64,000 nucleotides of DNA from Lama guanicoe (taxonomy: Eukaryota). Within the stretch, counting starts at the first letter, position 1. Every line of letters starts with the position of its first letter. Location: the NCBI GenBank assembly GCA_013239625.1, contig MU053588.1, positions 1,932,508 to 1,996,507 on the forward strand. The letters run 5' to 3'. The position numbers were made by a program, and so were the translations under genes. The notes under the pieces are model-generated. The model ran no database searches and was not told the DNA's origin. It worked only from the letters and a program-made list of their open reading frames with translations. Shown piece by piece: positions 47,909 to 59,112 of this stretch.

Positions 47909-48066
47909 AAAATAATTTTAAATTTATTTTTTGTTTGTTTTTGTTTTGGGGGGAGGTAATTAGGTTTATTTATTTACTTACTTATTTTAATGGAGGTACT
48001 GGGGATTGAACCCAGGACCTCATGCATGCTAGCATGCACTGTACTACTGAGCTATACCCTCCCCCA
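47909..48066 (-). mobile_element. tRNA-derived SINE (camelid-type)
   Basis: Perfect 19-bp TSD CTGAGGAATCTTTTTTTAA at 47890 and 48067. Confidence 0.9.
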
Positions 48067-49504
48067 CTGAGGAATCTTTTTTTAAGGATAGAAAATGGAA
48101 AACAGAGACTGTTCAACAGAATAGAAATAACCGTCGAGTCAGGCTGCCTAGGTTAGCATCCTGGCTCAACCAATTAGCTATGTGACACTGGATGAGTAAC
48201 TGTAAACTCTGCGCCTCAGTTTCCTCATTTGTAACATGGGGGTAATAATAATACCTTCTTCACAGGGATAGTTGGGGAAGCAGATGTGGCCATGTTTAAA
48301 TAAGCTAAAACACAAGTAGGGTTTGGAACTGATCCCAGGTGGGTGTTGAGTGTTACCTGTTATAACCAATCACGTGCCCCTTCCCCACTCTACTATTCCA
48401 GCCCAACATGGCCCTTTGAAGTTGGGTGACTTCCATGCCCTGGAAAGTGGGTGGGAGGGGCATTTTTGGCAGTGCTGGGACTCCTAGTCTAGGGTTCTGG
48501 CTCTGAGGGGGAGGGATGGGGATCCACATGGAAGAAACAGCTCTTCTTCCCCTGCCTCCCAGAATCTTACCTTCTGTCTGCTCATAATAATAGCTCACCC
48601 TTAGGTAGCCCTACTCACTCGCCAGATACCTACTAAATGCTCTACAAATGTTAATTCATTAGACTGTCACGTAACAATCCTGGGAGAGGGTGCAGTCATT
48701 ATTCTCATTTTACACAGAGCCACAGAGGTGAAGTCACATATCCAAGGTCACGCAGAGGTGGGAAGTCTGGCTTTAGCATCTGTGCCCTCAAATACTGCAC
48801 TGCTGGTGGCAGTTCCTCAACAGGCTGGACCTGAGAGTACCCACAGGGCCAGGTCCTACATATGTCCTACACATACAAGGCACCTAGAGTGGGTACATTG
48901 AGAGATAAATCCCCGCACATGGTAGCCATCATTATTAGACCTCCTGAGTTCAGGCATTCTTTATATGAGGTGTAGGGGGAGTGATAGTTAGCAACAGCTA
49001 TAGTTGCATATCAGTTGCTAAAAACAAAATATTTCCAAACGGATTGGTAAGAAGCTGCTGACCTGACCCTGCCTGCCACCCACAAAGATTCCTCCCTCAC
49101 TGCACCTTGGCCTCCCCAATGCCCCTGCCCCACAAAAACGAAAGACAAAGGGCTGATGCCGGACACTGCGGGGGGGGGGGGTTTCTAGGACCCTGCTGCC
49201 ATGCTCCAGCTGGCATCTCTTCAGACTAGCTGGGACCCTGGATCACACCAGTTACTAAACATTTAGTTAGAGTATTGTTCCTGCTGGTCGAGGTTGGGGG
49301 GTAGGTACAGTGGTTGTTGGGGAGAGGGCCTAGGAAGCTCTAAGGAAAGGAAGGATGGCGGGGAGGGCAGAGATGAGGAGGGGGATAGCCCAGCTGAGCC
49401 AAGCCACAGAACAGCATAGAGAGGGAGGGAAAGGAGAGCAGGCAGGAGAGGTGGCAAAGGGGTCACCAGGTGGACAGGGCCAGAGGTCATTTGTTATTAC
49501 TCAC

Positions 49505-50752
49505 TCTGGCTGCAGGCAGCAGCTGTCCCAAAGCTCACAGGCTGGTCCAGCCCGAAGACGAGCAGCTCAAAGCTGTCAGTGGCTGTGGCCACGTGGATAC
49601 TGTCAGTAACACCAAGATCCACTTCAGCATATGAGAACTCACTGCCTGGCACAGGGGCCCAGGTGAGCTTGGCCCCCAGCCTCTGCCCATCCATGGTCAA
49701 CTCATCAGTAGCATCGGTCGGCGCCACCACCAGGGCCACACCCTTAGAGCCTGGCACTTTCTTCACCACATAGGCAGGGCAGTAGGCCGCCACGTCTGGG
49801 AGCAGAACCAGGTGGGGGTCATAGGTGTTTCCATCCTTGGTGGCACCCGTGCCGAACAGCAGGACTTGGATGCCTACATCTGCAGACAGGTAGAGTGGCC
49901 GGGACTGCTGGATCTCAAACTCTGCCACGTCACCTGCCTGGAGTTCACGGGTGCCAGCAGTGCCCCCAAGGTTGTAGGTCAGCTTTGTGGCCTGGCTGGC
50001 CATGACATAGGCCAGATCATAGTGGGTCTGGAAAGACAGAGGGGGCACCACATAGCGGGTGCCCCAGGCAGACGTGGGTAGCAGCTGCTCCACCACATGG
50101 TTGCAGTTCGTGTTTTTCTGAGCACAGCTGTGGCCAGAGAGGACAGCCACAGGGCTACTGGCGGTGACCTTTGACCCTGAGAGGTTAGCCATGCTCTGTA
50201 CCTGGGCCACTTGGTAGGCCTCCAGAGTCACATTCAGCACATTGCCTGCTTGGTAGGACTTGCCCTGGAATGTCACCAACCCCTTCAGCTGTATACTGAC
50301 AGAAGCACCGGCTGCACCAGCCACGACAGCAAACTCCTTGACATTCTGGTTCAAGATGCTAGATGGTGTGAGCACGAAGTACTCAGTGCCCAGGGCACGG
50401 ACAGGCCACAGCAGGGTCACATCCGCTGTGTAGGGCTTAGCGTTTATTGCCTGCACAGAGATGGTGCGGTCAGAGTGGACCACCACTGCATGCTGGAAGG
50501 TATTGCTGCCGGCCATCTCAGCCTTGGCGCTGATGTTGACCATGACTGACTGTCCGGGCCCCACTGTGACCTTCTGTGAGGTGCCATCCACCCGGCTGAG
50601 GACGGAGACTGAGGTGGGGCTGTCCGACAGGCTGGTGAGGAGGAGGTAGAGATAGGCCTTGCTGTAACTGGGCTCATAGTTCTGCAGGAAGGCCGTGAGG
50701 AATTCCTCCCCACCGCTGTTCTTAGGGTCCACTGAGGCCTCCTGGGTCAATC
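49505..50752 (-). CDS. FCGBP: FCGBP coding exon 2, N-terminal IgGFc-binding domain
   Basis: 1248 nt, phase 1 to 1; TAG acceptor, CAGA|GTGAGT donor; LTQEASVD...GEEFLTAFLQNY...CNHVVEQLLPTSAWG. Confidence 0.96.
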
Positions 50753-51202
50753 CTAGGGTGAGAAAATGTAGTTGTGGGTCCTCTTATTCAATCCTCCCCC
50801 TCAGAGAAGTAACCTCGTGCCCTGTGCCTGGACCACATGTTGACTAACTGGGGCGTCTACTTTCTCCCTTCTCATTCCTTTCTCCTTATTCATGCAGTGT
50901 TCACTTACCAGCCCTTCTAGCCTTTGTCTTCCAAAAGCCTGAACACGTTAAGACAGGGATCTCAAACTCAAATGCTGACAGGACCAGGCAAGTGACGTAA
51001 ATGTGTGAAACAGAACGGGCAGACGGTGCCTCTAGAGCCTTCAGACGCCATGGCAAGTGGGGTGTTGCCACTAGCTTTAACCCGTTGTCATCATGATGGT
51101 TTATGGATTCCATCTTTTTTTTAATGCCAGATCTTAGCATTTTTCAAGAGAAACTAGCTACCTGAACTTCCATGTGAAATCTCCAATTTGAAATTGTTTT
51201 AA

Positions 51203-51328
51203 ACCTTGTAATAGCTTATAATGAAAAATAATATGGAAAGGAATATATGTATATCTGAACCACTACATTGTACACCAAAAACTAATGCAACATTGTAAAT
51301 CGATTATACTTCAATTAAAAAAGAATCA
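51203..51328 (+). mobile_element. Short L1 3'-end insertion within a DNA-transposon remnant
   Basis: TGTACACCAAAAACTAATGCAACATTGTAAATCGATTATACTTCAATTAAAAAA; near-TSD AAATT(G/A)TTTTAA. Confidence 0.7.
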
Positions 51329-52141
51329 AAATTATTTTAAGTAAGCATTATGGGCCCAAACTGGCCTGGATTCAGGTGCCAGTTTGTGATTTCTGTCTTC
51401 ACAGGATTAGGGGGCTCTGTGAAGGGAAAAGGGGGATTATGAGAGCATGGACAAAATGTCTCCTAGAAATAGAGAGCAGTGGGCACTTTTCAACACCCCC
51501 AACTAGGAAGAGATTATCCGGGGCTGAGAAGAGAGAGGGGGAGGGGCAGGGAGAGAGAGATTGCTCTACAGGGTCTTAGAGAGAGTGTAGGGGTTATAGA
51601 AGGACTATCTGCCAAATAAAGGGAGCCTTGAAGGCCATCCCAGTGTCCCACGGGGCCAGGAGATCAGGGGCAATGAACGTTTCAAAAGTAACCTAAGTAG
51701 ATGTTGACTGGTAAGTAGAGGGCCCTGATATCCCATCCTTCCCCCCAAACTTTGGCTTTACTTAAGACTCCAGTCCCAGACATAACCCTAGAGAATTAGA
51801 TACCAAGCCCCCCCACCAAGAAAGGCTTTAGTGACATTTTCCATCACCTTCTCAGAATAAGGCTCAGAGTCAAAACTTTAGTTGAGTTGCAGAACATCAA
51901 GAAAGTGGTAGTTCTTACCTACTTGAATTTGGGGACTAAGATTTTTACCTGCTTCCCCCTAAAACAGAGAATGGGTGAATTCCACCACATTTCTCTGCAA
52001 AACCTAAGGGGCCTCTCTGCCATCTCTGCTGGCCTTGGGTGACTCTGGGAGGTGCGTTTGTGGAGGGGGCTCACGTGGAGGGTACAGGCTGAGTTCCCTA
52101 GTCTGGAACAAGGACATAGTTGGACTTTCTGATTGACTTAC

Positions 52142-52196
52142 CCCACAGAAGGGTTGCTCCAGCCCAGAGTGTCCACCAGCTCCAAAAGGAACCCAT
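52142..52196 (-). CDS. FCGBP: FCGBP coding exon 1, signal peptide MGSFWSWWTLWAGATLLW
   Basis: ACATGG start context, TGGG|GTAAGT donor, 55 nt phase 1; Trp-rich signal peptide typical of FCGBP. Confidence 0.93.
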
Positions 52197-52584
52197 GTCT
52201 GCAATGGTGAAAGAGCGGGAGTCATAGGAGGCCGGTCTGCCCCTCCTGGTGGAGACTGTCCCCGAGAGGACAAAAGGGCCCAGTCTCAGGACAAGGGCTA
52301 CCTAGGTACCAGGGCTGAGGTGGGTTGGACCCAAGAGCCAGTGTGTGTATGTAAGGGGAAGTGGACATCCAGTGGGCCTGGGGGTTGGGTGGGGAGGGAG
52401 AAGACAGGGGTAGGGAGGGGAGTTGGATATCCAGTGGGTCTAGGGGTTGGGTGGGGAGGGGGAGGATAGGGGCAGGATGGGGAATTGGACATTGAGTGGG
52501 TATGGGGGGTGGGGAGTCCTGGAGCTAGTGGCAAGGGTAGGGGACCTGATGTCCCACTTCCAAAGGGGACCCAGCATCTCTCAC

Positions 52585-52633
52585 CTGCAGGTTCTTGGAG
52601 CTATGGGGCTAGCCCCTGGGCTGGGCTATATAG
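52585..52633 (-). promoter_or_regulatory. FCGBP: Putative FCGBP core promoter (TATATAG 52632-52626) and ~20-nt non-coding leader exon ending at 52585
   Basis: TATA, CA initiator-like site ~28 nt downstream, CAG|GTGAGA donor, matching pyrimidine-tract/CAG acceptor 2 nt before the ATG. Confidence 0.6.
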
Positions 52634-53202
52634 TGGAGTCTCTTGATTCCTCAGGTCACACCCTGGGTCACCTGCTAGGCAGATGGTGCCAACTTCCTGG
52701 AGGAGGCTACTGATCCCAGGGCCAGCTGGAATGGGGACCCTGAAGGCCTGGGAAGGGTGGAGGGCAAGCCTGAATGCCTGAGTCCTGAGAGGGGTGTGAG
52801 AACAGCTGGTGGCTGTGCCCAGGGAGCCTGCTGGAAATTTCAGTCCTGGAAGGGTGGTGTCCCTGAGAGAAACAGCTGGGGAGCAGGGTGCTGAGGGCCT
52901 GGACCTGGGTCCCCAGGGGGCAGGAAGCAGGAAGGGAAGGTGATATTTGGTCTTGTTTGCTGGTTCAATGGCTAGATTTCTTTTTCCTTTGGTACCTGCC
53001 AGGAACAATATTAAAGGACCCACATCCAGGTCCCCAGTCCCCACAAGCTGATCCCTGGCTCCCAGCCACCCATATCCTATATCCAAACACTCAGGGTAGG
53101 GGGCAGGTGTCTGAGGTAGGCGCGAATCTGAGCACCTGCCCCAGGACTGTGGAGTGGGACACAATACTGCCACGCCTAGACCAGCAGGGCTGCCTGGGTA
53201 CA

Positions 53203-53264
53203 TTCTGGAGAATTTGCTTTCCAGGAAGTGGTTTTGTTTTGTTTAGTTTAGTTATTCCTGAGAA
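53203..53264. promoter_or_regulatory. Cluster of STAT sites: two TTC-N4-GAA (STAT6-type) and one TTC-N3-GAA overlapping an ETS GGAAGT
   Basis: TTCTGGAGAA 53203-53212, TTCCAGGAA 53219-53227, TTCCTGAGAA 53255-53264. Confidence 0.55.
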
Positions 53265-54469
53265 AGGACTAGCTGAACAATTTTTGGGTGATTCTGTGCC
53301 CCCATCATCCCCAAATCTGCCCAAGATAGGAGACGGCAGTCTAGGTCACACACCGGGAGCAGAAACAGAGACAGCTGAGCAGCGGTGGGCTTTCTGAGAT
53401 GGAGTCTGTTCCTCCTGAGGGGCTGGCCTGACCCATGACCTGCTCCTCCCTGAAACCTCAAGGACTCATTGTTTGCTGAGGAGTCTCCCTTGAAAACAGC
53501 AGCTGCAAAGCCTGTGTGTCTTCTGGGACAACACCCCAGCAGCTGCTGCCCCCAGGACTTCTCTCTTATCACCAAGGTCTGAGCCGCTGGGTGGCCAGGG
53601 TGGGTGGGGGCACTGACAGCCCCCACCCAGGGCAGGTTCCCAGAGGGAGAGATAAAGGCTAAGAGTTTACTAGAACCCAAAGTCAACCAGGAAAATGAGG
53701 TGAGTAAACAGGAGACTGGATAAGAGCCAGGGGTATGAAGAAACAGGCAGGAGTGAGGGGACCCGTGCAGACTGGGGGCTTTGCAGGGAGGGGTGCCTGG
53801 GTCCTTGAGGAAAAGGACTGGGAGGAGGGGTTGCTGGGATTCCTGAGGAGGAATCTAGCTACTGCAAACCAAGATGCCAAAATCTTCTATGTCAGATACC
53901 CTTCGTTTAGCCTGAGAGGCTTAGAGAAATGAATGATGAGGGGGCAGAAGATTAGATTAAGACTCAGGGGTGATTCTGCCCTCCAATTTCTAAGCTTTGA
54001 TGTCTCCCCTGGTTGACCCCAGAGAGAAGCCTCCCCCTTCAAAACTCGTTGTTGCTCTCTGCAGCCAGAGCCCCCAGAAGTGGGGTGGTGGTGGGAAGGC
54101 TCACAATTTAATATTTTGGATTTGACACCCCTGGGACCGTCTCACTCCTTTCAGAGCCCACGGGGTGTTAAGTGTGGTGGGTGTGTGTGCCTGTGTGAGT
54201 GGGGATGGTATGACACACATATTAGGTGCACGAATCATCAGTGTATGTAGCCCATTGGATTATCTAAAAATGAATACATCCTTATAACCTACATCCAGGT
54301 CAAGAAAGAGAATGTTTCCAGCATCCCAGAAGCACTCTTAATCCTCCTTCCTAATCACTATCCACTTTCTATCTCCCATAGGGAGCCACTGTTTTGTCTT
54401 CAATCACCACTGATTATTTAGCTTGTTTTGAATTTTAGACAAATGGAATCATATATCTGTATTTTTTTA

Positions 54470-54644
54470 GTGTTTGGTTTTTAAAAAATATTTATTTGTT
54501 ATTTTTAAATTACTTATTTATGTATTTTGGGGGAGGAGCTAATTAGATTTTTGTTTATTTATTTTTAATGGAGGTATTGCTGATTGAACCAAGGATCTCG
54601 TGCTTGCTAGGCACACACTCTACCACTGAGCTATACCTCTCCCC
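54470..54644 (-). mobile_element. tRNA-derived SINE (camelid-type) inside an old L1
   Basis: CTCTACCACTGAGCTATACCTCTCCCC head (reverse) and TTTA tail. Confidence 0.82.
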
Positions 54645-55242
54645 TGCCCCTCTCCCACCTGTATTGTTTTGTGACTGGCTTCTCTCAGTGTTATCCTTCT
54701 GCACATAACTAAAGTTCATTTTCATTGCCACATGGTACTCACTTGGTTAAAAATCACTATGTATTATCCCACTACTGTTTCCGGTTTGGGCTAATGAATA
54801 CTATCTTTTGATGCATATGTGCACAGTTTCTGTTGGGATGTGCTGTGGCATTCCTAATGGTCATTGCTGGATCATTGGGCTCAGCTTTCGTAGCTGCCAC
54901 AAAACATGTTTCAACTCCTGTGATCAGTGTATGACCAATCTGGTTGCTCCACAACTTCACCAATACTTGGTTTTGTTAGGCTTTGTAATTTTAGCCATTC
55001 TAGAGGTGTAGTGGTATTGGGTTGTGGTTTTAATGTTCATTTCCTTGATTTTCAATGAGGCTGAGAACTTTTCACATAGTTATTGGCTATTTAGATAGCT
55101 TTCTCAGGATTTGTACTTTTAGTAATGTACTTGTTCAGATCGCTTGCCCATTTCTTACTGGGTTGTCTGTTTTTTTCAATCAGTCCACTATTGATGGATA
55201 TTTGGGTTTCAAGTATTTTTCTGTTACAAAAAGTGCTACCAC

Positions 55243-55977
55243 TGTTGCCGAAACATGGCCTCTGTACCCCACTTATCAAGTTGAGACTCAGGGACAGAGT
55301 TTTGGATGAAGTAGAAAAGGCAGCTTTGTTTCTTTACCAGGCAAAGGAGGTCACAGTGGGCTAGTGCCTCTAAGACTGTGAGCCTGCTGGGGAGAGAAGG
55401 CAGGGGGTTTACAGTAAAAGTTCAAGAGCTCAAGGGGCAGAGCTGGTTTCCATAGAGATTGTACACACAGTAACAAATTGTTGCAAAGTTGTTCTTGTTT
55501 TTGCGGATGCAATAGTCCCCTTCCCTCTGCTGGGTATGAATTTCACCTCCAGCTTTGGGACTTTCTTAATATTCTTACACCTAGAAGGAAGGGGCTCCAT
55601 GGAAAAGAGCTCTAGAGAAAAACTTGTGCAGTTTAAAGTCAGGTTGGTAAATGCTTTTAGCCTTTTAAGTAGACTGAGGCCCAGGACTTCCTGCTGCAGG
55701 CTGAGGCCTACAGCCGGAACAATACCCTACTGTCATTTCTGAGGTGTTGGGGTCAACAGCAAGGCACTGGGGGCAAAAGCAGGGCACTAAGCATGATCCC
55801 CTCACCCAGCACCACGAGGGGGCTGGGTGGAGCACCCAAGCCTCCCTCCTCTCCAGCCCAACCCTAGTCAGCAAAAGCATGAGAAAAACCCTTTAAGCCA
55901 TTATACAGTTAAGCAGTTACAAACACCATTAGAGATATCAGATGGTCCTGATGACAATAGAGTCCTACTCGCTTACA
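55243..55977 (-). mobile_element. 3' LTR of a degraded ERV1-class provirus
   Basis: Minus strand: polypurine tract AAAGAAAAGGGAGGAAC (55994-55978) then TGTAAGC...TTCGGCAACA. Confidence 0.7.
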
Positions 55978-57200
55978 GTTCCTCCCTTTTCTTTGATACT
56001 CCTTAGTCTTGACGAGGAACAGGTGTGGAGCAAGAGAAGTTAATCATAAACTTGGCAGAGGAACTTGGTCTTACTTTCCATCTCTGTTTCAATCTTTCCC
56101 CAGCTCTTTGGAGGAATGGTGTGACAACTGAGCTCTGGTTGCTTCCGACTGAAATGGGGCGTAGTCCTGCCTAATTTGGGGAATGGATACAGAGTTGGAA
56201 ATAGTCCCAAATTCCAAGCTTAGTATTAATATTTGTATTATGGTAATAGCATCTAGACAAACATTTGAAAATAATAGACATATTATAATGAAGGTAATAG
56301 TCAAAGTGCATCTTTGTAGTATTTCCCAAAAGGGTCCTCCTATTTTAGATGACAACTAGGAAAATAGGTTTTGGAGTGTTTTTTCATGTATATTTAGTAA
56401 CAAAGTAGCCTTTCAAATTATTCTACATTTGGATTTTAACATTTCTAGAGGTATTATTTATACATAACAGGGGCTACTGGCCACTACACATTAATTCTCT
56501 CCTGTTAATATCTGATATAATACAATTTCATTGTCTAAAAATGTACTAATTAGAAGAGGAGACCTTGAAATCACCATGACACAGCTTTGAGAATGGCTGG
56601 TGGAGTCCCAAGTCTGACATAGCTCAGAAAATTCAAGTTCTCAGCAATAGAGAGATTTGTCTGAAATCATGTCCAAAATGACTACCTAGTTTTACCTTGG
56701 ATGTCTGAGCCACAGCTATTCCATTCTAACTTTCAAATGCATTTCTCTCCTTAATGGCCAAAGCAGATGTACAATGCATGTCTGAAAGGCCAAAAACAGG
56801 ATGCTTTGGTCAGCAAAGTTTAAGTTAAACCATATATGAGCCAGAAAGACTTCCCCATATCTCAATACATGCAGATTTTCCCATCATTTCCCCTTCTGAT
56901 TGCAAATCTTTCAACAGACCAAAACATGTCCTTCGAAGTCAGTCAGGGTGGCCATCACTTGCTTGCTGTGGGTCTAGATCATGTCCCTTAGTGCCAGAGC
57001 TTTCTCATATTTGCCTAGTTATTCATGTTGGGGGAAAACTGATCAGATATGGTGAACAGGCTCAGAGGAATGCTAAAGGGGAAACATTTTATAGGCTATA
57101 CACTTTACTATTTATACCAAATTGTTACACAAGCATTGCACATGCACTTTTAGCAGCAGACTTTTAAGACTTGAGCAAGCAGTGATGTGTCACGAGTAGT
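55978..57200 (-). mobile_element. Degraded ERV internal region with env TM remnant
   Basis: Minus frame at ~56540-56445 reads LDNEIVLYQILTGEN*CVVASSPCYV*I/NTS, resembling the immunosuppressive domain + CX6CC. Confidence 0.6.
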
Positions 57201-57215
57201 TACACTCTGTGACAA

Positions 57216-57632
57216 TGAAGGATTATGAAGCAAACTAACAAACTGACTTCCCTGATGCCAGAAATGTTTGCTGATTCATTCTTTACTGAGAATAACTTTA
57301 ACCCAGAGGTTATGCTCCAGGAAGGAGGTAACAGGCTGATAACCTCAGAATGGACAAATCCTCTGGAGCTCCCCCCAAAGATTCACTGAAGTTAAGGGGA
57401 ATGTAGCACCCTGTAAGATGCCCCTGTTGTTATCACCTTTTCTGTTCCATCCAGTTTTTCTATAAAATCTCAAGACCTCGAACCCAAGATGGGCTCACAG
57501 TCTTCAAGACATTAGCCTGCTATGACTCCCTTTGCCTGGCAAAGCAATAAAGCTTTTCTTTTCTATCCTCCCAAAACTATGCCTCTGACTCAATTTAGTT
57601 ATTGGGGTACAGAGGCTGATTTTTCTGCAACA
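57216..57632 (+). mobile_element. 5' LTR of a second ERV1-class element, followed by PBS-like TGGTAATCACAAAGGGAT (57638-57655)
   Basis: CTATAAAA, CCTTTGCCTGGCAAAGCAATAAAGC, ends ...GCAACA; start approximate. Confidence 0.7.
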
Positions 57633-58520
57633 ATTTCTGGTAATCACAAAGGGATCCCCTTTCCTCTTTCCTACCCCTAGACACCTCAGCTTGATTGGAT
57701 GCTCTAAGGGCAACCCCTGCACCACCCTCCCTTGGGAAGGCAGATAGCTGAAGGAGCCCTGCGAGGCCAGATCACCCTGGTAATCTGGAACAGGAGAGGA
57801 GAGGGTCTGTGTCCAAGTCAGTTACTCAGGTTGCTGTAACTAATGGCCAGGACTCTGAGGCAGGAGGATGGGAGCAGAGGAGAATGAGCCCCAGCAACTG
57901 CTGAAGACTTTGCTTCAAGGACTCTTCCTTCTTCCAAACTCAGTCCAGATCTCTGGCTACTTGAAAACTTGAGAGAGAAAAGAATGCTAGGGACATCGAG
58001 ACTCCTCAGCCAGGACTAGGGTAAATTTCCCGGTGATGACAGAGGCCGCCTCGACCCTATCTGGGGACTCCCTAAGGCAGGCAAGGGATTCCCACTTGAC
58101 GGGGCTCTCTGCTTGAGAGAATTCCCATTTGATAGGTGCTGACTGGATCGATAGCAGTCACATAGTGAAACTAGGAAGCTGCTGTTTTGATTTGTGTCAG
58201 CACTGAATTTGTGCCTGCTTTGAGGTTTGAGGCTTCCATTTCCTGGCTGAGGTTCAGATCTCATGGTGTGTGTAGGAGCGTATGCCCACAAAAGATCAAA
58301 ATGTGAGGTACTGCTTCAATTCCATTGGACAGTCCTTTGGATCTGCTGTTTGTGTTTTTGAGTGTATTGTTTCGGGGTGAGTCACTTTGGGCTGCATCTC
58401 ATTTGGAACAAGCTGATGAGCTCTAGGAACAGGTTACATCTACCAGAGTGCGCTTGGGCAGCTTTTCCTTTTTGGCCAATAGATTCTGATGTGCATTTGC
58501 CATGGAGGATCGTTTGTGGG

Positions 58521-59112
58521 TGTCGGAGCCAGCCGACAATCGATCAGGTCCAGAAATCTGTGCTGCAGGACTGAGAAAAGGAAAGACGTAACAAAGAGAC
58601 AGCAAGACAAGAAAAGTTGGGGTTGAGAGGGTCTCACTCTAGCCCGCAAGACGCTAGGTCAAGAGTGGACGACGAGTTTATTTCAGGTGGTTCTTTTATA
58701 TGATTTTAACCCATTAGCTCATACATTCCTGCACGTAGGCAATAAAGCCTAACCTCGTGACTCGTATACATTCAACTCAGGTGATACATTCAACTCAGGT
58801 GATTGTTCTCTAAAAGGATCACTGATTTGTGTGCCAATTGTATCTCTCCCTCCGAAGGTCTTTTGTGACTTAATAGCTCAAAGATGTTTCCTCAGGCATT
58901 AGCGCACCTGGTGCATTCTTTAGTAAAAGAGGTGGCGGGACAGAGATTGTTCTAACTCAATTGACCTTTGAGCCGGGCGCCCCGCACTGTGGGAGTTTAG
59001 GCCCAACCTTTGTGCTCGGCAGCCTCAATCTCAGAGCCTGGCGCCCTGCACTTTGGGGTTTTACGCCCAAGTTTTGTGCTCGGCAGCCCTCCGTCACGAT
59101 CGGCTCCCCGCA
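58521..59112 (-). mobile_element. Young-looking betaretrovirus-type (ERV2/ERVK-class) solo LTR
   Basis: TGCGGGGAGCCG...GGCTGGCTCCGACA termini, perfect 6-bp TSD TGTGGG (58515-58520, 59113-59118), TATAAAA ~10 nt before AATAAA, CpG-rich. Confidence 0.85.

Noticed and set aside
49263..49400. Possible extra FCGBP micro-exon after exon 2 (pyrimidine tract + CAG)
   Set aside because: No good donor before an in-frame stop; exon 2 joins exon 3 in phase without it
52601..53686. 200-aa, 169-aa and 144-aa ORFs upstream of FCGBP
   Set aside because: No recognisable domain and Pro/Gly/Leu-rich composition expected from GC-rich promoter DNA
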